Source: Perkinsus chesapeaki ATCC PRA-425
Lineage: Eukaryota > Protista > Perkinsozoa
DNA length: 64,000 nucleotides
NCBI GenBank assembly: GCA_013115145.1
Contig: JAAPAO010000100.1
Location: 14,364-78,363, forward strand
Reading direction: 5' to 3'
The notes below the pieces were generated by a model. That model was given only the letters and a program-made list of their open reading frames with translations, was not told the DNA's origin and made no database searches. Positions 1 to 12,428 of the stretch are shown piece by piece (position 1 is the stretch's first letter; every line of letters starts with the position of its first letter). Made by a program: the position numbers and the translations under genes.

Positions 1-456
1 CAGTAAGGTGCGGTGGAGGAACCATATGCCCGTATCAGATGATGCCTACCGAATCATCCTCAACATGCCATGGTTGTTGTGCCACCTTAACTAATATCCG
101 AAACGAGAGGGCATTGTCCGGGTCGAGCCCCATCGAGGATGCGTACTCCACTGAGAAGTCTATGATATCTTGCACTGCAGACCTACATAACAACAACAGC
201 AGCAGTAAAACCACCTATAGGTGTACATGAATATAATATATCTTATACCGTTGTAAAAGTGCCTATTCGCGCTGTACTAGACTATTATGCCCTTCGCTAT
301 TTAAGCCGCTCCCACCCTACCGTATAGCCGGGGCAGTTGCCGGTATAAGACTCCTTATGGCCATCGGTCGAGAGAAGTCCACAACGTACTTATTACACTC
401 CATCATTCTACCAGTTACACCTGACCGATCAGACTCCATCTCTCCCTGCACTATAC

Positions 457-1887
457 TCACGATCTACTCCTTTTAGTGTTTCTCGGCTCCTCCCTGAAGT
501 AGAGCTCCCCCAGCTTAGGCTTGGCCCGAAGGTTAATGTCCACACCGAACTTCCCCGAGTGTCCTGTGTCCTGCGGCAAACGTAACCCTGACAACAGACA
601 GTTCCCTCCCAAGAACCATTTTCCCATAGAAGAGGACGCGTCTCGGTAAAAGAGGAGCTTCCTACTCCGACCATCAAAGTAGGAACATCCCCCTTTCAGC
701 CAAAGTCCGACTTCTTAACCTCGATTCATTGATTCTAGTCTTTATAGTGTTATTAGCATTATACTCTAATAATCCCATATGTTTATCTAACTAATAGTCT
801 ACAGTTAGATCCAATATGATCAAATCTCCCTCATCTTGAATTCTCTACCCTCACGATGTCCTCCCTCCGCCTCCTACTCATAATGCCCTCCAAAACATCC
901 TTCTCAATATCATGCCTCGCCACGCCATCCTCCTCGGTCATATCCTCTGCAAACAAGTAGTTCCCAAGATACCTGACCATCACCACCCTAGCACATTCCC
1001 AAGCCTATTAGCAATACAGCTTGTAAGCATCCTCATCAGCAGGGCCAGGCACACTGTAAATGCACCATGGCATCGGTGGTGGGTTTCGTATATACCCCAC
1101 CTTCTCCGTCTTGTTCATCCGCCTATATGCCTGCAGCGACCCCTACCTCATCGACCGCGTCCTTCCATTACCCAATCCTTCCCTTGAAAGTGTGCTCGCT
1201 CCATAGCTGAGTCAACCATCTTCTGGACGACAGGATCAGGATCAAATGTTCCGAAAAGATCAAAGACGGGCTCCCAGGTGGGCCGGTATGGACCTGCCCA
1301 TCACGGTGCTGCCCTATACCCAGTAAAATCACCACGAACCTCTCTACTTTATAATCTTTTAGACAGGCGTCTAGTACGGTTAAACTATAGGTCTACTGTA
1401 TAAAAGCTCATGCCAATTCCCTTTTCCCACGATATTTCAGACTCGGGGACCCTTACCAGAGCGGAGCACAGTATCCTATGCTGCGACCCGAAGTAGGGCA
1501 CCGCTGTAATAGCGCCCACGAGTAGCGGTTGGGTGTCTAAATTCCTCTAGTCCAAGTAAGTTTACTACACAATACCAGACAAGCTATGCCGATTCATAAA
1601 CAGTGATTATTAGCCCTTCCAACCATAGGCTACTATTCTGCTCTGCACTCCTCCAAATTAACTTAAAGTATCACGTTTTTGTGACCATTCCCTATCAGAT
1701 TTGCGACTCTGTGCCCCTTTGGAGGACTGCAGCCCCTACACAATCATGTAGCTACCCTGCCAACCAAACTAATGCAGCTTATGAAATGTGACTGGTTTTT
1801 TTCCACACAGGGGTTCCGAATGAGTTCTGATACATGCTTAGGACTGGCGAATCTCAGCAGGCCAAGATGGGGCACCCCAAGACCCTC

Positions 1888-1919
<32 letters not shown>

Positions 1920-2219
1920 GAAAGAAGACCACCGAAGCGTAGGTTCCCCATCCGGCCCCATGGTTGTATTACCGTTGGTATAAGATGGTGACCATGCCAC
2001 TAGAACGTACACCGGTGCTTTAAACTCCAATATGTTGAGTACCTCATAGTAATCGGTTGGACATACTTCAATATAATCACAAGTCATAATAATAAGCAGG
2101 CCAGCGATGATGATATTGATAGGCAGTAGCAGTAGCAGCAGGAATCAACTGTAATGATGAGATACTACCCTTCCCTCCGTCAACGATTGCTCATCGTCCT
2201 CTTTTGGGCGAGCTCCCAT
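457..2219 (-). CDS. Multi-exon hypothetical protein (ends approximate)
   Basis: Coding-like segments join across short GT-AG introns, e.g. RILCSAL|TYSLTVLDACLKDYK|SPYRPTWEPVFDLFGTFDPDPVVQKMVDSAMERAHFQGKDW, YLGNYLFAEDMTEEDG and LWLKGGCSYFDGRSRKLLFYRD. No family recognised. Confidence 0.45.
1887..1919. repeat. (GAT)n microsatellite
   Basis: About 11 GAT units read directly. Confidence 0.9.
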
Positions 2220-2390
2220 TAACTGTCGATCCCTTCGTTAATAGCCGGCAGAATGGGACAGGGCCGCAAAGGGACAGCAGCCCACTACGGGAAATTAATA
2301 GTAATAACTCAAAGCCCACAATTGAACTATAGGAACACCTTTAAGCATGCCGCAGACAGCAGCAGCAGAAGCCGCCGACGCCGCTAATCA

Positions 2391-5300
2391 TCATCTCCAA
2401 CGACTTCCATGTTTATGTCTAACACTTCTACCAAGCTTAGCAGCCTTGCCTAACTGAGGCAGACTCTGCAACGTAGTATCCATTGTGGTCGAAGCAACGC
2501 CCTGGAAGTCGACATAATCGCTAAGAGAGCTCGTCGAGAGCATCTGACTGGCCTCCTCGCTCGTCATTGCCATAACATCCGTACTGACCTATCCAACATA
2601 GGACATCCCTCGTCTGCCTACTACCACTACCTACCTCCCGAACCCCCTCTAGGGCCGTACCCCCCTCAGAGCGAACCATCTTGATGCTGGATGGATGGGT
2701 CCCCGGCAATCGAGCCATCAACACCTACCAATCCCATCTACAGTACTAGGGTGGCCTTCACTCCTGACCTGTTTTCCTTCCACTATTTCAACCCCGACCA
2801 CCACAGAGCCGGTAGCCAAGTCCATAGCTGACTCGAGCAGGCAGAAGTTAGCCCGACCAAAAGCACTACAAGTGCCGTCAAACTCAAACGTCACATTGCG
2901 AGTCTGGCGACCAATGAAGAGATTTCCCCTCACTGATGTGCCCGGAGGGGCCCTAAGGTACCTGCACGAGCGAGTTGACCGGCGGCCGATGGAAGCCCGA
3001 ACAGGAAGCCTACAGGGAGCAATAACCAGTGGCTGCGTTGAAGTATCCTGATGGATAGAATACCAATCTAACTTGCTCGAGCCCAGCTATGGTAAACGAG
3101 CAGCTTTGCAGAGATCTTCCCTGGGCGAACGTCTACAAAGAACCATTAACAGACGGCTTGCCGAAGGACAAATTCCCCCAAGAAAATCAAACAGTATACC
3201 GATAAGGAACAATAAGCTGATATATAATACCATTGGTATATCTATAGGTATAATACCACACCTATAGAAGCACACCGTCGCATACCCGGTACTACCGGTA
3301 ACACTCCATCCAAGCCTCAAAAATGACACGTGCTACTACTACCCGAGCCAAGACAGAGACATTCTCTATCTTCCATTCCACTCTCTTACACGACCTGTTC
3401 TTCATCTCCTCTACATACCGTCTCACCTAACATCATCAATGTTGCTGCTGCTGTTGCTATCTCTATGTAGCCTTACTTGATCAAGGACTCTATGACTGGT
3501 GTACCGCATAATATTGAGGGACTGTGGGAAGTCACCACAAATGTTATCAAACTTGGGCAAGGGTACATTAGCGGGGTTCAAGGCAGCTAGAGGAAGAGGA
3601 CTAAGATAGACACAACTCAACCGAAGGAGCATTAACCTCAAGGACCTGACGTAACTGCTTGGACCCATCTGAGCATGCTTCTGATGGATGGATTTCTGCG
3701 AGAGTTACCAGCAGACATTTACTTTACACTTTTTATTATAACAATCTCATCGAAAATGAATATAATGTAACTTAGGTCATTGAGTTCAGACTATTACAGA
3801 TACCGGTACTACACTAGCGCCATGCCCAGATACGAAGCAGGCACCCACCCCACCACTTCACCCATACCGTACTCTTCGCCCATCTCATTCGCCAACGCTT
3901 CCGCTAGCTCTTGAGGGCTCTTCAATGTCGACAATAAAGGCATATTAACTTGAATCTCGAGAATCTAAAGGATGGCCCTTCGAAAGAATAATTATAATAC
4001 AGCGACTACCTCGACTCCAAGAGTGAGGGAATCCTCTATCCAATCTGTGAACTGCTTCAATAGGAAGTCCATGCCACCGAATGCAGACATAGTGGCATTG
4101 AACGAATGCTCGTATCGGATCGATCGGTATCTAATATCTTACCAGTCCAAGTGGCGCCTTAAGATCCTACTACCGGGCAGCAGCACTACCGCTGTGATCA
4201 TCCCCATTGCTCGAGCCCCCCCATTTATCACCCACATGCAGCTCGAAGACTATTCGAGTGCCAGCCGGGGCCCAGAGGAATAGGGAACAGTCAGAAGGCT
4301 GCTGTCGCTGATACTGAGACATGCCATCACCGCCAACCCGGGGATCTAGAGAATCCTCTAGATTCTTCAATCGTTGAACTCTGACCTAGGAAGATTCATT
4401 CGAGGTCAACAAGTGAGCTAACGCACCTCCAACCGCAATATGCCAGCCCCGCCCGCAGAGATAGGCGGGCTGAAGACTTGAGCGTTCCTAGGCTCCCCAA
4501 GCACTCGGCTAACTTCCTGCATTTTCCACTGCACTCGTCTCGTAGAGAGATTGTGCGCAACCTGCAGTGGATCCCTAGACGACGGACTAGCCTCTACTAT
4601 TACAGTAATAGCATCACCGACTTGCTCTTCAACATTCTGCATCCTTTCTGTCAATGCCTTCTCTATACTTGCACTCCTATCGCTTACCATTTGACTAGCG
4701 GATTTAACCTGTAGTTAGACCGGATATGATACAGGGCTCTTCTGTGAAGAGGTATCTTCCCTCGATCAAGCTCTCCGCTGGCACTACAGCCCAGCTTTAA
4801 ATGACTATCAGATAGGACAAAGTTCATACGTAACCTTGTACGTACGTATTTCTATTTTAGTACCGCACATCTCCGCGAACCACTTTACTCATACTATTCA
4901 GGAAGGCTCACCTCCTGCTCGAGTCTTGCCGCCGATTCCGCTGCCGCTCGCTGTATTTCCTCCGATTTCTCACGCGCCTCAGCTATCGCACCTGCTTAAC
5001 AACCCACTCCCTTCCATCTCTATCGCACCATTACCTTTGATATCCGCTTCTAATGATGCCATAGTTTCCTGAGACACTCTCGCAACCTCGGCCAGGTTGT
5101 CCTTCTGCATCCTCCCCACTTTATCATCAACAATCGCCAAGAAATGATCCTGTCCCCAGGTAACCCTACCACACCTCTCTGGAGCTACCTCCTTCCCATC
5201 AAACCGTTTCTCGAGAGCTTTCATATCAGCCCGCGTTCGGTCCAGCGATTTCTGGAAGTCCGTCAGCTTGCTTGTCTGCTGCCTAATAATTTCACATACA

Positions 5301-5600
5301 ACGCCAGTAGCCTCAACGCGTTACATTTCCTGCAACCGAATAGCCTCGGCAAGCTTCCTCTCCACTGTGAGACGGGAGTCGAGGGCTACTTTCTTAATCT
5401 GTTCGGGCAGGTCCATTTCTATACCTACAACAGCCTTTGGGATAGTACAGCCGCGTCGCTGTACTGGTTTTGAACTTTTCAATGTCCATTTTGAGAGGTC
5501 TCATCGCCGTCATAAAATCGCTCTTTTTGACCATCTCAATCATGCCTATAAGCTCGCTCCTTAATAGAGCTAAGTCTTCGTGTGTTACACCTTTAGGCAT
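2391..5600 (-). CDS. Coiled-coil protein with two C-terminal MATH/TRAF-like domains, multi-exon
   Basis: N-terminal helical exons (MPKGVTHEDLALLRSEL..., ASIEKALTERMQNVEEQ). Domain 1: RVQWKMQEVS...VFSPPISAGG...FLWAPAGTRIVFELHVG...FGGMDFLLKQFTDWIEDSLTLGVEV. Domain 2: RVEWKIENVS...SFTIAGLEQVRLVFYPSGY...YLRAPPGTSVRGNLFIGRQ...AFGRANFCLLESAMDLATGSVVVGVEIVE. Confidence 0.75.
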
Positions 5601-5980
5601 TCAACAGGGAAAAAGTCAATGTGCTTTGCAAAAAGCGCAAGATTAGTAGCGCGCGCCACAAAATCCGACCTCGTATAGGAAAATCCACTTCCGAACCGAA
5701 AACATTTACCGCGCGCTCAATAAACGAGGGCTTGGGCGATTCTGGGTTTATAGTAAACAGACAGATGCATCGAGAGATTCTATTGGTAGCCCGCTTGAGA
5801 GGATCTTTTGATGGCGTCCCAGTAGAGATAGATTAATGCGAAGGGGAATGCTAAGATCATTCCGACTTCATGCTCGATACTCGGAAGGAAATTCCTGCCG
5901 AGCTTTGTGATGAGCTCGCATAACGAGTTCCTTCTCTCATTGATTAGTAGCTGGTTCTATTGGAAATACCCCATTCAGAA

Positions 5981-6970
5981 ATGACGTTGTCCCCAGATGA
6001 TTCGCGATCGTCTTTCGAGACGTTCTCTGTCGCTGAACTCGAGGTCATCATTCGACTTCCTTATGTATCTTCCTTTGATAACTTAGATAATCGTAACCCG
6101 ACTCGATAGAAGTATTTCGGACTTGCGGCGTATGAATAACGAGGAGGAAGCGCAACGGGAACTACTGACCGCTGAGAACAAGAAGCTCAATGAGGTACAC
6201 GCCTGTATCTCCCATGAGTAACACAACGCCCCGCAGGCTTTGGCAACATTGATCGCTCGAGCCAATGAGCTTAGCATACAGTGGACACCCCTTCCAAAGG
6301 TCGAGGGTGACACAGGACTATCGGCTCTCCGACGCTCAATTGATCAGTCAGTTCGGCGCTGGATGGGGACTTACATCGGAGATAGACCAGTTGCAGTAAA
6401 AACAGCCGAAAAGCAACTGTGATTCCTCCTCAGAAAGTGAGCAAGAATATTGGAGAACTTCGGCCTCGACACCCAACTGTTGTACCTCCTCCTCCCCACG
6501 ACGATAGCTCCGTGACATATTACGGAAGAGATAGGCTAGAACGGTCGGAGGCGCCGTGGGGAATCCTCCCACGATATCAAATATCCGATGCGGGCAACCC
6601 AGGACGAACGTGCATTGTAAAAAAAGAAACCGAACGCTCCACCAAGAGTAGCTCTCGATCACAGAGTGGTGGAGCGGTACAGCAGGCGATCTCTAAACAG
6701 TGTGAAGTTGAAAGTGATGACGAGGTCGAAGAAGGAGTGCTTGTCTCAATACCGCTGCGACTGAATAACGGTGGAATAGATACGCTGAGGCTATTTGCAT
6801 GCGAGGCCCCTAAGGACGCGGCAAAACGTTTCTGCCAGAAGAATACTTTGGAAAATCGGCTTGTGAAACCGCTGGCAGCGAGGCTCGAAGAGTTAGAGGA
6901 TAATGCAACAACTTTGCCGTTGCATCTGATAGAGCCGCAAGATCTTGCTGGATTACTAGATGATCATTGA
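5981..6970 (+). CDS. Hypothetical protein with N-terminal coiled coil, multi-exon
   Basis: Exons MTLSPDDSRSSFETFSVAELE | IIVTRLDRSISDLRRMNNEEEAQRELLTAENKKLNE | ALATLIARANELS..., ending in the 183-aa ORF 6419-6970. Start uncertain. Confidence 0.5.
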
Positions 6971-7200
6971 TTATGCTCATAGTGATATAAGTTTCATAAA
7001 GAAATATCGTGTTGCGTGGGGCGGATCAAGGTCGGAGATTGGATCAGCCTCGTTAAGGGGTCTCGGAGACACTGTCTCCCCCATACGCAAGCAGATCCTG
7101 ATGACAAGGAAGATCTAGCCTGCAAGGCTTATAGACCTCCGGTTCACGATCTCAAAGTCAATGCACTATGCCTGCTACTTTACAGGAATTGCATGGTGTA

Positions 7201-8316
7201 ATGTCAGACGTACCTCCTACTGCAAGCACACTATCGAGGAGTGTATCCGATTATACCACCCCTGACATCGAAAACTTACCACAAGTTTCACCGTCCTTAT
7301 CATTGCGCGAGGGAGACAAGCAATCCACTCCTCCATCATATCTTGGCTCGGTGCTATGCCTGATAGGAGTCCTGTTCTTCTCGTTTACACAGCTCTGCGC
7401 ATACCTGGCCTCGAGCCGTTATTCTGCGTCTGAGATCACGCTGGTGCGGTCAGCGATTCAAACGGTGGGAGCGACCCTCTTCGCCTTGGTGATTGGAGTG
7501 AATCCTATCGGCCCTTCTGGTCTTCGCTTAATGTGCTTCATCCGCGGATTCATCGGAGCTTTGGCAAACCTTCTTTTACTGTATGCAGTGGCTCACATGC
7601 CCATGGCTGATGCTAATGCCATTTTCTTTACCAACCCCATCTTCACCACAGTCTACGCTTCCCTCATACTAAAGCAGAGAGTTTCCGTACTGGAACTCTT
7701 CGCCCTTTGTATCGGTCTGGTTGGATCACTCCTAGTTGCTCGCCCTACTTTCATTTTTGCCACGGAGAATGAGACTGTAATTGGTGATCCTGATCCTGGT
7801 GTGCTGCTTATAAACATCTTTGGAGCAGCTCTAGCTGGTGCGGTCCCAGTCATTGTAAGTTTCATTGGTTCATCAGTTCACTACGTCTGCCTTGTATTCT
7901 CATTTGGTGCATGTGGTGCGCTTGAGAGTGCTGCAACCCTTGGCCTGGGACTAGATACCAGAGACGCACCGGCAGCAGTAGGTAGCTCTACCATGGGCTA
8001 TGTGTTCCTAGTAGGAACAGGGCTATTCGGCATGCTATCCCAATTCTTCTATAACAAGTCGCTTCAATTGGAAAAGCCGCAGAACTGTGCCATACTTTTC
8101 CAGACAAATGTAGCATTAACTTTCCTGTGGCAAGCCCTCGTGAATGTTGACGAGCTCAGTTCGCTGAGTGTCGTCGGATCCCTGCTGATAGTGTGCTCGA
8201 GCTCTGCTATCCTCGGTGGGAGGGTAGTTACATCCAGAAGTGCATCGAGTGTCATGAGCGAACCGAAAGTCGAACGCATAGAGATATCTATAACGGCTTC
8301 TCAGCTGAAAGAGTGA
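7201..8316 (+). CDS. EamA/DMT family (SLC35G-like) membrane transporter, intronless
   Basis: About 10 hydrophobic helices; motifs RGFIGALA...LYAVAHMPMADANAIFFTNPIFT...ILKQRV and SQFFYNKSLQLEK. Confidence 0.9.
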   Translation: MSDVPPTASTLSRSVSDYTTPDIENLPQVSPSLSLREGDKQSTPPSYLGSVLCLIGVLFFSFTQLCAYLASSRYSASEITLVRSAIQTVGATLFALVIGVNPIGPSGLRLMCFIRGFIGALANLLLLYAVAHMPMADANAIFFTNPIFTTVYASLILKQRVSVLELFALCIGLVGSLLVARPTFIFATENETVIGDPDPGVLLINIFGAALAGAVPVIVSFIGSSVHYVCLVFSFGACGALESAATLGLGLDTRDAPAAVGSSTMGYVFLVGTGLFGMLSQFFYNKSLQLEKPQNCAILFQTNVALTFLWQALVNVDELSSLSVVGSLLIVCSSSAILGGRVVTSRSASSVMSEPKVERIEISITASQLKE

Positions 8317-8830
8317 TTTGAAGCTCTAATTTGGCCACTGTCTGACTGCGGGTAATGAAGAAGCCTATGAATACATGAACCATTTGGGCTGTAATAGTGA
8401 AAGAAGTGTAGAGTACAGTTGATACTTAATCATAATATTTTATGACTCATATCACCAATTATCATAGTTCTTGGCCCGAAAGCAAACGCTCGCAGTGTAG
8501 ATCGAACAGAGAGATTCTCGCACGCAAGTGGCATGGAACCCAAATGCTTCAGGCTGAAACCTTCAGCGTCACACGACCTCTCGACGTCCTGAGCATGGAC
8601 AGCGGTCTAGCACAAAAAGAGACTTTACGGAGTTGAGGAGCAATTCAAAGTCAGATTTTGAACAGGCTACTAACACCATTATACTTTATAGAAAATGTTA
8701 TCCATTGTAATCGTATAGCTAAACCGAGCATTACAAGTTGTAATGTCTGGCTGTAATTTACAACTGCATAACGTGTACAGCTGGAAAAATGCGAGGCTTC
8801 CGGAGATGCAGGGGCATGACACTGGTCAGG
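7935..8830 (+). repeat. Duplicated segment, left arm copy 1 (EamA 3' end plus flank)
   Basis: Aligns by eye to about 17445-18020 and 18411-18650. Confidence 0.9.
8730..8764. mobile_element. hAT-type excision footprint, variant (8-mer ATTACAAC)
   Basis: ATTACAA GTTGTAATG tctggc TGTAAT TTACAAC; identical at 18550-18584. Confidence 0.7.
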
Positions 8831-8889
8831 GGGCATATGCCCTCCTGGTTCTATGCCCTCCTGATTCTACTCAAGCGGTACCGACTGCA

Positions 8890-9720
8890 TCACCAAATTG
8901 GTATCCGTGAGGTTGGTTAGCAACCCCTCAGCTCTACCGCTTTCATCGAGATGGTCTCTAGCGAAGGAGCTCCGAAAGTTGTATTATCGGTTAGAGGATC
9001 ATGCTTCACATCCTCTAGTAGAGGACATCTACCTGCAAGCAGATCCTTTCAAGATGCTGCATCTTAGATGCAACATCGTGCTATTTGCACGGTGCAGGCC
9101 TTATGTCATCCTAACGACCCAGCATAACGAGGCTGGTAAGAACGAGGTCATAAGGAGTTTGGAGCTCTACTCCGAGCATCAGCTATCGAAGACAAGGCCT
9201 CAGACCCTCGGTCGCTGAACAACGCTAAGAGATGGATCAGTATGGCCGCCATACTATGGCGGCCTTCACTATAAATTGCCTACCGTACCCTGATGCAGAT
9301 GATCCATCACAAATAACGATTCACTATACCCATAGCCTATGGAACCCATAGTATGGGCCATATGTATGCTGCAGAGCCCCTAACGGTATGGCGAAAGCCG
9401 TACCTTCGGTGATGATGCTAACGCAGTACAATAGGCGGGAGAGTGGTTAGGGAGCGGACTCCTTATTGAACACCTCCCAGCCGACTTGGCTGTCGTACGC
9501 CAAACCTTCTCTGGTGAACGGTCACTCTCACTGCGAGCACTACAAGATTTCCAAGATGAAGCCACAACCTATGGCTTCATTGAATAGCCTGTGGCCCACA
9601 GGATCCGAGATACGGCGCCGCTGATGCCTACTATGACGCTGGACGAAGAAGAGGCAGCTGTCGGATCCAGCAGTCTAGGGGAGTGTGCCGAGTGTCGAGA
9701 TTTTCGTCGAGGAAACAATG
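8890..9720 (+). pseudogene. Coding-like remnant, unidentified
   Basis: Protein-like stretches (LRKLYYRLEDHASHPLVEDIYLQADPF; AGEWLGSGLLIEHLPADLAVVRQTF) broken by in-frame TAG stops and a +14 footprint. Confidence 0.3.
9240..9261. mobile_element. Perfect 7+8+7 excision footprint (GTATGGCG)
   Basis: GTATGGC CGCCATAC TATGGCG. Confidence 0.85.
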
Positions 9721-10016
9721 ATTCTTGATAGTATCAGGCTGTTACTTTTCATTCAGATGGCAGGTCGGCCAGAGCAGAGTACATTGCAACGGCTTTAATG
9801 GCTGGTGTGGCGCAACTCAGTGCTCCCGCACTTGTACTACTTTTTAAGGATAGGCGGCATCGAGACCTCTTCTTGAGGTGTCGCAGGAATCCTGCGGCAG
9901 GATCCATTAAACCTGGTAGACCGGTCCGCTAAGTATTGGTATACGTGACGATGGATAATAATAAGATATTCCGGAATTTGATACTTTTGTGCTGTTCTGT
10001 CGCCATTCGTGTATGC

Positions 10017-10038
10017 GTGCAGAATCTGCACTGCAGAT
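10017..10038. mobile_element. Perfect 7+8+7 excision footprint (GTGCAGAT)
   Basis: GTGCAGA ATCTGCAC TGCAGAT. Confidence 0.85.
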
Positions 10039-10282
10039 CACTGTGATACGCCACTAAGATACTTAAGCGCGCTACCGTTTTGTATTACCAGCCTTACAAA
10101 GTTAAGTTACAACTTAGTTACGAATTCATTAACCACAACCATTGTCAATGGTTAATTTTACAAATTCAATGGTCCATTGAATTTGTAAAAATTAAGAACA
10201 CAACTTGTGTTCTTAATCTTGGCACACTGAACCGTCATTCGCTCACAGGATTACAATCATATCTTATATTAATCCACATTTA

Positions 10283-10729
10283 ATGATTTGCTGCTACGCA
10301 CATGTAACTCATTTTCTTCTGGTGATACTAGTAGTATCGCTCATAAATGTGATGGGTAACACAACTTATGGTGCGCTTTGGGACAATCGAGGCACTGGTC
10401 CGAGCTTCACAGTTTTGGTTCGCGATGATGGTGACGTTCATATGTTCATGTCGAATGGACCTTGTTATGTGAGGGCTCAGGGTCACTCTGGGAGCAGATT
10501 CTTTATACGTTGGAAAAGTACTCAAGACAGACTTAATGCCATTAAGGAGTTGAACGACAGGCATATACTCGGATTTGTCATCCATCAAGATGGCTTAACT
10601 ATGATCGATTTCTGCTGTGATCACTGTTGCCAGCTAGATCTAGGCGGTAGATTTTTCCTGGAAGCCTACAGACTCTTCGACCATGCTACTGCCGCTGAAA
10701 TGTACAACAATATGACGTGCAGAGAGTAG
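10283..10729 (+). CDS. 148-aa putative secreted Cys-containing protein, copy 1
   Basis: Intact ORF; hydrophobic N-terminus FLLVILVVSLINV; DFCCDHCC cluster; ORF also open in the duplicate. Confidence 0.65.
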   Translation: MICCYAHVTHFLLVILVVSLINVMGNTTYGALWDNRGTGPSFTVLVRDDGDVHMFMSNGPCYVRAQGHSGSRFFIRWKSTQDRLNAIKELNDRHILGFVIHQDGLTMIDFCCDHCCQLDLGGRFFLEAYRLFDHATAAEMYNNMTCRE

Positions 10730-11337
10730 CTCTTGTGCAGAATAGTCGTGCAGGAATGCCTTGTCCATTTTTCTCGACTCCGTTAGGCAGTATTTTTCTA
10801 CAATATGAAAAGCTTCTTTCACATTCACCCATAGAGGCACTGATCGAGCGTCTTGTGTTAGTCACTGTGAGCGATAGCGAGCGAAACCCACATGCTGTTT
10901 GGAAGCAGCTCAGTGGCATCCGATGACCACGGAGCAAAGCCTCACCGGCCAAGTACAAAGCGACTGGCTCATTACATAGTTTAGCTCATTTCAAAAAATC
11001 TATTCTCCTTGCACGGAGTTTTGCACTTTAGTGAGCATGCCATAAGCCTTGTTATAGGAGGTGGAATATTGCAGCGTGAACGCGTCAGCGGACCTTCAGC
11101 ACCGGAGGAGGCCGACCGCCGGGATCGAATTACGTCACCAAAATCAAAACACAAAAGCTCGGGTTCAAAGAAGGAACATAACTGACTTTAGACAGATGGA
11201 ACCACATGTGATTCATGAAGTTGAGAGCCCATCGCCGATGAGTCGCTGCAATCGTCTTATTTCTGATAACAGGACGTTCTCGTCTAGGCTGGAAATGAGT
11301 AATCGTAGTAACCTATGTGAAGTGACCTTCTACAGCA

Positions 11338-11692
11338 CTAGCGTACTTTTAGGCAGTACTTGTCGGATACAGCTTTCAGTTGTGTAGGATCGTTGATATC
11401 CACCACTGTAGCATTGCAGAAGTCGAACATCGGCATATCTCGGTTCGCACCGAAAGCTCCCCCAACGCTTGTTCGATAGGAAAGGCGGGGAGAAGCCCCT
11501 CGGCATGCGCTACCACTGGAGTCGGCATCCCTGAACGATATTTCGGAAATTATATTTAACCCTCTCGTGGCTACCTACTGTGCGGCACAGCTCTACGCCA
11601 TAGCCGCAGGGCACTATTGACTTCCCTGAGTTCACTTTGAGCTTCGCCTCTCCATTAGCGTTTGGTGTACCGTCGAGAGTGATGTTACGAGC
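11338..11692 (-). pseudogene. Truncated duplicate of the last two MSH4 exons
   Basis: Matches 21162-21521; homology stops abruptly at 11692. Confidence 0.85.
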
Positions 11693-12276
11693 ACTAGATA
11701 TAGGCTAGTAGTTAATGCATCAAACAGTGTTGAACCAACACTGTGGAATTGCGGAGGCGTGACGCGGGCGAGCCCGACGGTGACAAAGGCTGCCTTTGCC
11801 TTTTTGCCTGTGAAAGGCGGCGGGAAGCACATGGACTGTATTCCCGGCAGTAAATAATATGCAACCGCGCTTAGTGCGAGTATTTCGCGATGCTAACTCG
11901 GCCCTCCCTGCGCTTGGGCTACAGGGCTCTGTAAACAAAGGGCCTACCCCCTGTATACGGCTTGGAAGTTACAATTTGTCGTTCATCTGTGAGTTACAGA
12001 CTGCGACCCTCGAGTGGCATTAGGAAACCTACCTACATCTTGCTTAATCTGAGCAGGTGTTGGCATTTGAGGGACCCCTCGTTATGAAACGGGATGATCA
12101 ACAGGCTCAGTCACCGTTCCTCACTTAACCTGGTTCTGCGCAGGTTTACGAGCATGTTATTGACTGCTTTGGTTCTAATGACTTTCATCCACGCTATCGT
12201 GCCCAGCTACCTTCTAATGCTAGTGATGATGCTGCCAGAACGAGTTCATAGCCTTACTTACGGTGGCCCACCGTAG

Positions 12277-12428
12277 GTGTTGAAAGTGAAAGTGGTGAAA
12301 ATTATTTGTGCCGACGCATGTGTTGAAAACAATCCGCATGTGTTAGTAAGAACCACAGATGTGTTGAAAATGTTATGTGTTGCCAGATACTGGTGTTGAA
12401 ATTGTTCACAAAAAACAAAAATTGGTGG
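12277..12428 (+). repeat. Cluster of GTGTTGAAA motifs
   Basis: Exact copies at 12277, 12320, 12361 and 12393, with degenerate copies between and after. Confidence 0.8.

Larger units (their letters stand above)
10237..11692 (+). repeat. Duplicated segment, right arm copy 1 (secreted ORF plus MSH4 3' end)
   Basis: Aligns to about 19887-21521 at high identity, apart from the 166-bp insertion in copy 2. Confidence 0.92.

Noticed and set aside
39-230. 63-aa ORF at the window start
   Set aside because: May be the tail of an upstream gene, but no motif or exon structure supports a call.
2040-2075. DnaJ J-domain start (TDYYEVLNI)
   Set aside because: No following helix II or HPD motif.
430-3700. 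Degenerate chromovirus LTR retrotransposon (PTWEP, WQGSY, LPKFD and a purine tract before TGT at 687)
   Set aside because: The stops fall inside GT-AG introns, 2391-3700 resolves into the MATH gene, and no RT, RNase H or integrase motif was found.
9400-9720. Stop-codon reassignment (two in-frame TAGs in a coding-like frame)
   Set aside because: Confident genes end in TAA, TAG and TGA and have no internal stops; pseudogene decay is simpler.
11690-11745. Helitron 3' end (hairpin plus CTAG at the duplication junction, minus strand)
   Set aside because: The target is not A|T, no TC start is found at the other junction, and the hairpin also fits a decayed 7+8+7 scar (TCAAACA GTGTTGAA CCAACAC).
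12277-12428. CRISPR-like array
   Set aside because: The 9-nt motif is too short, spacing is irregular, the context is eukaryotic and there are no cas genes.
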